DNA from: Lentisphaeria bacterium
GTDB lineage: Bacteria > Verrucomicrobiota > Lentisphaeria > Victivallales > Victivallaceae
Direction of reading: 5' to 3'
NCBI GenBank assembly: GCA_017456285.1
Contig: JAFTJQ010000069.1
Span: 3,380-67,379 of the forward strand
DNA length: 64,000 nt
Part shown: positions 9,810 to 18,200 of the stretch, in pieces
How positions within the stretch are numbered: the stretch's first letter is position 1
Layout: the number at the start of each line of letters is the position of its first letter
Notes under the pieces: generated by a model
Told to the model about the DNA's origin: nothing
The model's input: only the letters and a program-made list of their open reading frames with translations
Database searches by the model: none
Translations under genes and position numbers: made by a program

Positions 9810-10520
9810 TTAGCTTACAATTTTTTCCACGCATTCAATACCATTCTCGGAAATAGTCAACAGCGAAGCGGCAAATGGACTTTCACACAAAGCGCTCTGA
9901 ACAAAAAACTGTAGATTATTCTCCTCAAATAATTCTATCCCCTGATGAAAATGTCCCGATAACGCCCCACGATAATTCAATTCCGACATGAGCTGCAAAA
10001 TTTCTTCGGCATTGTCATAGGAATAGATACAACGCTCTCTCGGCAGCAACGGAGTGTGCTGAAATAAAAATTTGACCCCGTCAAACTCGGCATTTTTCCG
10101 CATTCTTTTTAAATCAGATAAACTGCGGTTCGCATTATAATTCGGAGTTTCCGCATCGTCAAAAGCAACGATTCTCACAAAATCTATATCCGTAACTTCC
10201 TTAAATGGAAAATACTTAACAAATCGCTCTTGCGAAATATCGTGGTTGCCTCTGATTACCACACACTCCATATTATCAGCAAGCGACAGGATGTCTGCAA
10301 TAATTGCAGTCAATCGCTCCGCCTCCTCCGCTTCGGGAAAATTTATTAAATCTCCGCCGACTAAAAGCAAATCTGCTTTTACTTCGGCATTTATTTTTTT
10401 TACCGTTTTTGCCAAAATTGACGGCATGTACTCCCCTCGCCTCTCAGGGCAAGCACTATTCGGAAAAAGTGAATAATGTAAATCACTGATAAATGCAATT
10501 TTAACTAAATCTCTTGCCAT
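9810..10520 (-). CDS. metallophosphoesterase (calcineurin-like)
   Basis: IAFISDLHYS, GGDLINF, VIRGNHD and LSGHFH blocks in canonical order. Confidence 0.7.
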   Translation of the reverse strand: MARDLVKIAFISDLHYSLFPNSACPERRGEYMPSILAKTVKKINAEVKADLLLVGGDLINFPEAEEAERLTAIIADILSLADNMECVVIRGNHDISQERFVKYFPFKEVTDIDFVRIVAFDDAETPNYNANRSLSDLKRMRKNAEFDGVKFLFQHTPLLPRERCIYSYDNAEEILQLMSELNYRGALSGHFHQGIELFEENNLQFFVQSALCESPFAASLLTISENGIECVEKIVS

Positions 10521-10523
10521 TTT

Positions 10524-11420
10524 TTACCTCATAATCATTTTACGCAATCTGTCAAATGCCAAACACATATCCTGAATGGAATTTGCTCCGCTTTTCAACT
10601 CATTCTGCACACTGCTCAAGCGAGGTGCTTTTCGTAATTTTTCAGCATACTCATCCCAATTTGCCGAACCGCTGAAAATAAGTTGGTGATTATCATTATA
10701 ACCGTCATTATCGTGCAAGTGGCAAGTAATTACATAGGGCAGCATTTTATCTAAAGTATATCCGTCAAATTTTAATTTGCCATGCCAAAGACGTTGGCGT
10801 TCAACATCATTATTTTCATCACGTTCACGCTTGATCATGGTGTCTGACATCATCAGAGCGTGTCCGGCATCAAAGCAAGCCCCCAATGCAGGAGATTGGA
10901 TATTTTTGAGATAAATAAGCAATTCATCGGCACTATTTGACGGTTCAAAAGCATTCTCAATCGCAATCGACAAGTGTTTTTTCTCTGCTTCAGGTAAAAG
11001 TTTCTCTAAACTCTCCGTTGCTAATTTACGCAACAACTCCTTTTGCTCTTCCCAAATATTCTCCACACAGCACCAAGCTCCGATGTGCATAACATAATTT
11101 CTAACTCCGAGAATTTCGGCAATCTCAAAAGCCCGAACATGATCCTGAAACATTATTTCACGACAACTTGAGTCAACTGTATTAAGGTCATAACCTTTGC
11201 CGCACAACCCGTGGATGTCAAAAAATTTAATATTATATTTCTCGCCTAATTTCTGAAAATACTCTATTGCTTTACTATCGGTAATCATTCGCTTAAGCAA
11301 AGCGGTATTAATGGTTAAATATTCTCCTCCGTTTTCAGCAAATTCAGCAAAAATTTTATCCCATTCGCTATCACTTATTTTGGTAAAATCAAAAAAATGA
11401 CTCGCTCTCCAAACTTCCAT
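10524..11420 (-). CDS. sugar phosphate isomerase/epimerase (xylose isomerase-like TIM barrel)
   Basis: 298 aa. IAIEN, CFDAGHA and CHLHDN blocks typical of the AP-endonuclease-2/xylose-isomerase-like TIM barrel family. Lies 3 nt upstream of the phosphoesterase gene. Confidence 0.65.
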   Translation of the reverse strand: MEVWRASHFFDFTKISDSEWDKIFAEFAENGGEYLTINTALLKRMITDSKAIEYFQKLGEKYNIKFFDIHGLCGKGYDLNTVDSSCREIMFQDHVRAFEIAEILGVRNYVMHIGAWCCVENIWEEQKELLRKLATESLEKLLPEAEKKHLSIAIENAFEPSNSADELLIYLKNIQSPALGACFDAGHALMMSDTMIKRERDENNDVERQRLWHGKLKFDGYTLDKMLPYVITCHLHDNDGYNDNHQLIFSGSANWDEYAEKLRKAPRLSSVQNELKSGANSIQDMCLAFDRLRKMIMR

Positions 11421-11516
11421 AATAAATCCTCAATTTATTGGTAAACTTTCAAAAAAAATAATTTACCTTTAATATATTTCCGAATCAAAAATTTTCAAGT
11501 TTTAGAAAATAATTAT

Positions 11517-11544
11517 TTGACTTTTGGCAAAAAACTATTATATT
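11517..11544 (+). promoter_or_regulatory. candidate sigma70-type promoter
   Basis: TTGACT-N16-TATATT, followed by AAGGAG RBS before ATG 11598. Confidence 0.4.
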
Positions 11545-11597
11545 ACCAGCAACACCGAAATAATTTATAATTTCAAAAAAAGGAGACCTCAAAAAAA

Positions 11598-12431
11598 ATG
11601 AAAAAACTTTTATTAGCTTTAGCCTCTCTATTTAATTGTTGCTGTATCAAAGCAAACGATGATACTCCCAAAACTTTTATCGTTGCTCACCGCGGTAACT
11701 CTTCCGAAGCCCCGGAAAATACTCTTGCCGCATTCCGCAGTGCTTGGGATAACGGTATTAATTATGTTGAAACCGACGTTTATCAGACAATCGATAATGA
11801 AATTATCTGTCTGCACGATAACAACTTAAATCGAGTTTCCCCCGGAGCCGGTGAGAAATTCGTTAGAGAAATGACCCTCGCCGAAGTAAAATCTTTCGAC
11901 GTCGGCAGCTGGAAAGGTGAACAATTTGCCAATGAGAAAGTTCCTACACTTGAGGAATTTTTTGCAGAACTTCCGTCTCATATAAAAGTTTTTTTGGAGA
12001 TAAAATCAGTAAATGATGATTTTCCGTTACTGCTTGCTGATTTGATGAAAAAATACAATATTGCTCAAGAGCGTATCGTCATTATCTCTTTCAAGGAAGA
12101 TGCTTTGCAAAATATCAATAAACTTACTCCCGGCTTCAAAACCAATTTGCTTTGCACAATCAAAAATTCTGAAGAAAATCCCGAAAAACTTGAACTCTCC
12201 GCAGATGATTTGATCAAAAAACTTAAAGCTCTCGGGGTTAGCGGTGTCGATGCAAATGTCGGTACTGCCATCGATAAAAAATATATCAGCCAAGTTCAAA
12301 AAGCCGGTTTGGAATTTCATGTTTGGACTATTGACAAAATTGAAGTTGCTCAAAAACTTTATGATGCAGGTATCAACAGCATTACCACCAATCGTCCGAT
12401 TCAAATTAAAGCTGAGCTTAAAATAAAATAA
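11598..12431 (+). CDS. glycerophosphodiester phosphodiesterase (secreted/lipoprotein-like)
   Basis: IVAHRGNSSEAPENTLAAFRSAWDNGINYVETDVYQTIDNEIICLHD is the GDPD active-site region. N-terminal signal-like peptide. Confidence 0.85.
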   Translation: MKKLLLALASLFNCCCIKANDDTPKTFIVAHRGNSSEAPENTLAAFRSAWDNGINYVETDVYQTIDNEIICLHDNNLNRVSPGAGEKFVREMTLAEVKSFDVGSWKGEQFANEKVPTLEEFFAELPSHIKVFLEIKSVNDDFPLLLADLMKKYNIAQERIVIISFKEDALQNINKLTPGFKTNLLCTIKNSEENPEKLELSADDLIKKLKALGVSGVDANVGTAIDKKYISQVQKAGLEFHVWTIDKIEVAQKLYDAGINSITTNRPIQIKAELKIK

Positions 12432-12463
12432 AATAATTGAACGCAAATTCAATTCAGTAACAT

Positions 12464-12510
12464 AAAAAAATAAGGGCTGCTGCAAAATTTCAATTGCAGC
12501 AGCCCATTTT
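12464..12510. terminator. bidirectional rho-independent terminator
   Basis: aaaaaaataa-GGGCTGCTGCAA-aatttcaa-TTGCAGCAGCCC-atttt. 12-bp perfect stem between convergent genes. Confidence 0.75.
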
Positions 12511-12533
12511 GATTTCTATAACGAAAGTAAAAG

Positions 12534-13862
12534 TTATTCGATTTTTAAGTTACGATAATCCGCAACGTGTTTCGCCTTTCCTGCGGTTCTCTCCAATGAA
12601 TTCGGAGGTACTAACTGGATTTCAAAATGCAATCCCGTAATTGCCGAAATTTCACGGTCAATTCGATTCTTGAGTTTCTGAAGTTCATCCATTTTATCAG
12701 AAAATGTTTCAGGAAGCATCTCGACTTTGACAATTGCATTATCCAAATTATTCGGACGATAAAGTTCGATCAAATAATGCGGTGCGATGCCGCTTACTTT
12801 CAAAAGCGCTTCCTCAACTTGCGACGGGAAAACATTCACTCCGCGGATAATCAGCATATCATCTGAACGCCCCTTAACTCGACTCATTCTGCGTGTAGTA
12901 CGTCCGCAAGGACATTTATCGTAGTACAACCGTGCCAAATCTCTGGTACGGTAGCGGATAATCGGACACGCTTCTTTGGTAAGTGCAGTAATAACAAGTT
13001 CGCCCTCTTCTCCCTCTCCGACCGGCTCCAGAGTTTCAGGGTTAACACACTCAACAATGAAATGGTCTTCCTGGATGTGCATTCCTCTACGGGCAGCACA
13101 CTCGCCTGATACACCGGGCCCGATAATTTCAGAAAGACCGTAGTTATTAAATGCTTTAATTCCGAGTGCATCCTCGATTCTTTCACGCATCTCTTCAGTC
13201 CACTGTTCACCGCCGAAATGGGCAAACTTCCAAGCGAGATCGCTTTTTTTAAGTCCTTTTTCCTTAATCACTTCCGCAATATTGAGAGCATAAGACGGCG
13301 TACAGATAACTGTATCTACTTTGGCATCTTGAAGCAGCATAATCTGCTTCTGGGTATTGCCGCTTGAAGCAGGAATAATTGCCGCCCCGACCTTCTCAAT
13401 TCCGTAATGAAGTCCGAATCCTCCGGTAAAAAGTCCGTAACCGAACGAAACTTGAGCAATCTGGTCAGATGTTAATCCGCCTGCAACCAAAAATCTGGCA
13501 CACAAAGTTGACCAAGTATCCAAATCTTTTTTGGTATAACCGACGAAAGTCGGTTTGCCCGTTGTTCCGCTTGAGGCATGGATTCTGGCAAGTTCACTTC
13601 TCGGCACTGCAAAAAATCCGAAGGGATAATATTCTCGCAAATCAGCTTTGGTTGTAAACGGAAGTTTTTTCAAATCATCCAGTGAATTAATTGAATCACT
13701 ATCAATTTTAAGTTCAGCAAATTTTTTCTTGTAGAAATCAAGCACTGACGCCCTTTTGACAGCATCTTTCAGGCGTTTCAGCTGCAACGATTCCAATTCA
13801 CTGCGTTCCATGCACTCCCATTCGGGCTGATAAATTTTATTTGGAATTACAAATTCCGACAT
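12534..13862 (-). CDS. phenylacetate--CoA ligase family protein
   Basis: 442 aa. IHASSGTTGKPT AMP-binding motif and PaaK-like length and termini. Last gene of the ior-ACT cluster. Confidence 0.85.
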   Translation of the reverse strand: MSEFVIPNKIYQPEWECMERSELESLQLKRLKDAVKRASVLDFYKKKFAELKIDSDSINSLDDLKKLPFTTKADLREYYPFGFFAVPRSELARIHASSGTTGKPTFVGYTKKDLDTWSTLCARFLVAGGLTSDQIAQVSFGYGLFTGGFGLHYGIEKVGAAIIPASSGNTQKQIMLLQDAKVDTVICTPSYALNIAEVIKEKGLKKSDLAWKFAHFGGEQWTEEMRERIEDALGIKAFNNYGLSEIIGPGVSGECAARRGMHIQEDHFIVECVNPETLEPVGEGEEGELVITALTKEACPIIRYRTRDLARLYYDKCPCGRTTRRMSRVKGRSDDMLIIRGVNVFPSQVEEALLKVSGIAPHYLIELYRPNNLDNAIVKVEMLPETFSDKMDELQKLKNRIDREISAITGLHFEIQLVPPNSLERTAGKAKHVADYRNLKIE

Positions 13863-13872
13863 TCTTCAACTC

Positions 13873-14301
13873 CTATTTGAAAAGATTAAAAGCCTCGATC
13901 GCTTCAATGTTTTCTTTTTTGAAAATCTCCAACGCATTAGCAGGATCATCAAATCTGAACACCATTACCGCAGTTTCATCATGTCCGAAAGTGAAAGCAT
14001 ACATATACTCGACACTCAACTGATATTTGTCAATAACTTTAAGCAATTCAGCCAAACCACCGGGATGATCAACTACCGGCAAAGCCACTACATCGGTTAC
14101 TTTGACAATAAATCCTGCCGCTTCCAATACTTCTTTAGCCTTTTCCCACTCTTTAATTAAAAGACGGAGAATTCCGAATTGCTGGGTGTCTGCCAATGAA
14201 AGGGTACGGATACTCAAATCATTGTCCTGCAAAACCTTGCAAATAGGATAGAGTGAACCCGGTTTGTTCTCGACAAATAATGACAATTGCTTAATCAACA
14301 T
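13873..14301 (-). CDS. ACT domain-containing protein
   Basis: 142 aa. Two beta-alpha-beta-beta-alpha-beta-like halves (LSLFVENKPGSL.., LPVVDHPGGLAELL..) in the conserved position between iorB and paaK. Confidence 0.6.
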   Translation of the reverse strand: MLIKQLSLFVENKPGSLYPICKVLQDNDLSIRTLSLADTQQFGILRLLIKEWEKAKEVLEAAGFIVKVTDVVALPVVDHPGGLAELLKVIDKYQLSVEYMYAFTFGHDETAVMVFRFDDPANALEIFKKENIEAIEAFNLFK

Positions 14302-14342
14302 AACTAACCTCCTGTGTGTTGTGTATTGTTTTTATTCCTAAA

Positions 14343-14813
14343 TTAACCACGTCCGAGTTTAAATGCTTCAATATTAACTTCATGCACTTTTTCGGGAAGA
14401 AAACGCTTAATTACTTCAATAAAACGCTCCTCGGGAATTTCTGTCAAATGCTTACTTAATGCCCCCAAAAACATCGTATTTGCCGCTTTGGGATTGCTCA
14501 ATTTGTCCAATGGCAAATCCGCAGGGGTAATCAAAATACCACCCTCACGCAATTTAGAGATATTCACTTCAACTTGAGTCGGCTCAAGCACCACCAAATA
14601 ATCGGTTTCACCATGAGGAATCATCGGACTGAAAACCTCCGCGCCAAAACGAATTTCACTTGAAACTGAACCGCCTCGCTGACTCATGCCGTGAACTTCA
14701 CTTTTTTTGACATCATAATCCAAAGTAAAAAGTATCTCCGCTAAAATATCACTTGCTTTCAATACTCCCTGCCCGCCTAATCCGGCAAAAATTATATTAG
14801 TAACTTTCTTCAT
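14343..14813 (-). CDS. iorB: indolepyruvate ferredoxin oxidoreductase subunit beta
   Basis: IIFAGLGGQGVLKASDILAE plus GMSQRGGSV, the gamma-domain motif of 2-oxoacid:ferredoxin oxidoreductases. Adjacent to iorA. Confidence 0.8.
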   Translation of the reverse strand: MKKVTNIIFAGLGGQGVLKASDILAEILFTLDYDVKKSEVHGMSQRGGSVSSEIRFGAEVFSPMIPHGETDYLVVLEPTQVEVNISKLREGGILITPADLPLDKLSNPKAANTMFLGALSKHLTEIPEERFIEVIKRFLPEKVHEVNIEAFKLGRG

Positions 14814-14817
14814 TTCA

Positions 14818-16386
14818 CTATTTTCCTTTACGTTTAACCATACCCAAAATGCAGGGACGGCGGACGATTATCACGCTCAAATCATTTGATGCCAAACGTT
14901 TTTTCAACAATTCACAATAAGCATCGTATTCGGCTGTCGAGTCAATAATATCAACATTATCAACTCCCATTGCTTTGACCACATCCTCGATAACTAATTT
15001 TTTAGATGGGCTGTTGTCCAAGTGGAAACCTGTTCCTGCATGCTCCTGCATTCCGGTCATAGCGGTAATTGAATTATCAAGAATAATCACCACATGCCCC
15101 GTCGCAGGACGGTTATAAACCATTTCGACAATACCATTAATACCGGTGTGCCAGAATGTGCTGTCGCCGATTACACTCACGACCTTGCGAGCCTGCTCCT
15201 CCGCCATTACATGACGCATTCCGAGTCCGGTTGTAATTGAAGCACCCATGCACACGCAAGTATGCACCGCTTCATACGGCGGCAATACCCCCAAAGTATA
15301 ACAACCAATGTCTCCTGCAACAATCAAATCAAGTGCTTTCATGCCTTCATAAGACTTGCGGTGCGGACACCCTACGCACAATTGCGGCGGTTTACCCGGT
15401 ACCGGTGCTGCTTCAGGAGTAACATCTCCTGACAAAATTCGTCTGACCCTATTTACATTAAGTTCACCGTAGCGGTAAATCTCATTTTTGCCGACAACTT
15501 GAATGCCATTTGCCAAGCAAGTTTCAGTTACAATCGGGTCGCCCTCCTCAATAACATAACATTTTTTTACCTTTGAGGCGAAGTTTCTGATTCTCTCAAG
15601 CGGCAACGGATAGGTCAAACCGAGTTTAAGAATTGATGCTTCAGGAGCGGCATCCTCTGCGTGCATATAAGAAATTCCCGTAGCAATGATACCGATTTCA
15701 GAACTTCTCATTTTTTCAACAATAAACTCACCTGCCTCATTCAATTCAGCAATCTCTGCCAAGCGGTTACGCATTTTGCGATGTGCAATTCTGGCGTAAG
15801 CTGGAATCATCACATTGGATTTAGCATCTTTCTCGTAATTAATTACGGCTGCAGGATAATCATCCTCACGAGGCACAACCAAAGTTTTTGAGTGACAGAC
15901 TCTGGTGGTCATACGGAAAAGTACCAGAGTTTTGAACTTTTCGCTCAACTCAAACGCCTTGATAAGAAAATCATAGCACTCCTGCGATGAAGCAGGTTCA
16001 AACATCGGCACGCCCGCACTGATTGCATAACGGCGATTGTCCTGCTCATTCTGACTTGACGCCAAGCCGGGGTCATCTGCACTGATAAGCACCAAACCAC
16101 CGGGGACACCTGAATAAGCAATGGTAAAAAGCGGGTCTGCCGCTACATTTACACCGACATGCTTCATGGTTGCCAAAGTACGACCTTTAGCAAAAGCACC
16201 ACCGATTGCTACTTCGAGAGCTGTTTTTTCATTCGGAGCCCACTCAGCTTTGCCGCCGAGTTTAGAAAATTCGTCAAGGATTTCGCTTGACGGAGTACCG
16301 GGGTACCCTACTCCCAAATTTACTTTGCAATATTGAGCCGCCATTGCGACAGCCTCATTACCGCTTAATAAAAGTTTCTTTGTCAT
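14818..16386 (-). CDS. iorA: indolepyruvate ferredoxin oxidoreductase subunit alpha (TPP-dependent)
   Basis: LLSGNEAVAMAA..GYPGTPSSEI N-terminus, CVGCPHR Cys motif, GDIGCYTLG and GDSTFWHTG TPP-binding blocks. Confidence 0.85.
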   Translation of the reverse strand: MTKKLLLSGNEAVAMAAQYCKVNLGVGYPGTPSSEILDEFSKLGGKAEWAPNEKTALEVAIGGAFAKGRTLATMKHVGVNVAADPLFTIAYSGVPGGLVLISADDPGLASSQNEQDNRRYAISAGVPMFEPASSQECYDFLIKAFELSEKFKTLVLFRMTTRVCHSKTLVVPREDDYPAAVINYEKDAKSNVMIPAYARIAHRKMRNRLAEIAELNEAGEFIVEKMRSSEIGIIATGISYMHAEDAAPEASILKLGLTYPLPLERIRNFASKVKKCYVIEEGDPIVTETCLANGIQVVGKNEIYRYGELNVNRVRRILSGDVTPEAAPVPGKPPQLCVGCPHRKSYEGMKALDLIVAGDIGCYTLGVLPPYEAVHTCVCMGASITTGLGMRHVMAEEQARKVVSVIGDSTFWHTGINGIVEMVYNRPATGHVVIILDNSITAMTGMQEHAGTGFHLDNSPSKKLVIEDVVKAMGVDNVDIIDSTAEYDAYCELLKKRLASNDLSVIIVRRPCILGMVKRKGK

Positions 16387-16439
16387 TCAAATTCTTCCTT
16401 TTTCTTTAATCTATATAAATATAATTCAACTTATTTTTT

Positions 16440-17963
16440 TTACAACTTAATTTTTTCAATTGTATCCTGAATAATTATCTCCAAGTCTTCAATTGAGTTC
16501 TCCATTTTCTCTGATTCGTCCTCGCTTATTTCGTAAGCAGGGTCATTCAAAAGCCGCAAAATACTGCTTAAATGCAAAGATGCTTCGGCGATTTTTTTGA
16601 GTTCCGCCTCTATTTTAGCATTTTCGTCAATATCGGTGCTTTTCAAATACTCAAAAAAGTCGTTGCGGTTGTCGGTTATCTCCAAAATTAAACTACGCAA
16701 AGCCATTTTGTCCTTGTCCGCAACAGGGTCATAAGCAGAAATAAAATTCTCAAAACGATCCTCTAAATAATTCAGAAAAACCATCTCTTGCGCCTCGTCG
16801 GCATAACTCAATGCCTCCTTATTAAACATCCTCGCAAAAAGTTCATGAAATTCATGGTTATTCACTGAACAAAAATCAAGCATGTATGCATCAATTTCAT
16901 CAAGCGACAATGTACTGCCGATCTCAAGCAAAATATCCTCAATCGAACCGATTGCCCCCTTTGAAATACCAACTCCGTCAGGAAGATTGTAGGGAGAATA
17001 ATCATCGCTATCTTCGCTCTCATGGTGATGATGATGCTCTCCATGACAATCACAATCATCATCATGGCAATCATGGTCATGCCCAAAAGCACTTCCCTTT
17101 TTTACAAAAAGTGCATGACCCTCATCAAATGCTATCTCCAAATCCTCTGCCATTTTCAAAAATTCATCCAGCGAAGCACCGTTTTTGCCGAATAAAGAAT
17201 CATCTCTACCCTCAAAAAATCCCCATGCCAATTGCTCATGCAGTTCCAAATAATTCGCAAATCTTTCAATAACTTCGCCCAAAGCCGCAGTATAAAAGTC
17301 AACAAACTTCTCAAGATTTTTCTCTTTGCGTTCCTTGCCCGGAAGATACTGAATTTCAATAACACCCTTATCATAATTTTTAATTTTACAAAGCAACGCA
17401 TCGTCTGACTCAAAATTACAAGATTGATAAAAATCACTCATATCAAAGACATTCAAAGTAATTTTATCTCTCTCAATTTTCATCTCCCGCAAGTTTTTAT
17501 TCTCTTCGCTCTCGGCAATGAAAAAGTCTGAAATCTGCTCTGCTCCCATAAGAATATGGTAGGGAAAAAGTTCCTGAATTGAATCTTTTAAGCATACAGT
17601 TTGAATTTTTTTTGCGGCTTTTTTGTCAATTAATTCAATCTCTGACGGGAAAATTTCCGCATTCACAAACGGCAAAAAACGATGACCGGGAATCAAAATA
17701 TTGTCATCAATCTCACGTTCACTCGGAGTAATTACGAAACTCTTGCCATTAAAAAAAACATTTTTGGCAGTAAAATTATCATCTTCATCATAAAAAAAGC
17801 GTTCATCAACTTGCAGTGAAGAACTGATTCTATCGCTTAACCTATTTTCTTTGTCCTCAAATCCTAAAAAATCAATAATATCTTTCACGCAAAATTGCCC
17901 GTTATTTTTTTTAGCAACGGCAACTACTGCATCTTCAATTTTCGTTGTATTAACATTCTCCAT
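16440..17963 (-). CDS. acidic hypothetical protein with His/Cys/Asp-rich cluster (HDHDCHDDDCDCHGEHHHHHESEDSDD)
   Basis: Long uninterrupted ORF. ATG at 17963 is preferred over the TTG at 18008 because the predicted promoter (-10 at 18013-18018) would start transcription downstream of 18008. No family recognised. Confidence 0.55.
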   Translation of the reverse strand: MENVNTTKIEDAVVAVAKKNNGQFCVKDIIDFLGFEDKENRLSDRISSSLQVDERFFYDEDDNFTAKNVFFNGKSFVITPSEREIDDNILIPGHRFLPFVNAEIFPSEIELIDKKAAKKIQTVCLKDSIQELFPYHILMGAEQISDFFIAESEENKNLREMKIERDKITLNVFDMSDFYQSCNFESDDALLCKIKNYDKGVIEIQYLPGKERKEKNLEKFVDFYTAALGEVIERFANYLELHEQLAWGFFEGRDDSLFGKNGASLDEFLKMAEDLEIAFDEGHALFVKKGSAFGHDHDCHDDDCDCHGEHHHHHESEDSDDYSPYNLPDGVGISKGAIGSIEDILLEIGSTLSLDEIDAYMLDFCSVNNHEFHELFARMFNKEALSYADEAQEMVFLNYLEDRFENFISAYDPVADKDKMALRSLILEITDNRNDFFEYLKSTDIDENAKIEAELKKIAEASLHLSSILRLLNDPAYEISEDESEKMENSIEDLEIIIQDTIEKIKL

Positions 17964-18012
17964 TAGTAAACCCTGAAAAATCAAAATTAAAATAAAAAAA
18001 TTACACAAGAGA

Positions 18013-18040
18013 AATATAGCATATTACACCGAAAGTTCAA
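18013..18040 (-). promoter_or_regulatory. candidate sigma70-type promoter
   Basis: Sense strand TTGAAC-N16-TATATT. Confidence 0.4.
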
Positions 18041-18142
18041 GTTAAACAAGTAAAAAAATCTGATGATTTTCAAAGATAACGCAAGAATTTTGAGAATTAT
18101 CAGCAAACTCATGACTGCATAGATGCATTATTCGGGGACAAA

Positions 18143-18180
18143 CAAAAAAAAGGTCGGCACACGACTTATGCTCCGACCTT
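18143..18180 (-). terminator. rho-independent terminator of the 1083-aa gene
   Basis: Sense strand AAGGTCGG-N15-CCGACCTT followed by T8. Confidence 0.7.
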
Positions 18181-18200
18181 CCGAAAAGTTCTCAAAAATT

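Noticed and set aside
18025-18046. Partial matches to the pseudopilin leader motif upstream of the His-rich gene (aacttgaactttcggtgtaa) and upstream of the 1083-aa gene (21476-21498, sense cagtaacttcgatttcaaaaa)
   Set aside because: Neither has the 5-prime arm needed to form the stem-loop. The first coincides with a TTGAAC -35 box and its spacer. The second lacks GTGAA. The similarity is short and AT-rich and is best treated as chance or promoter context.
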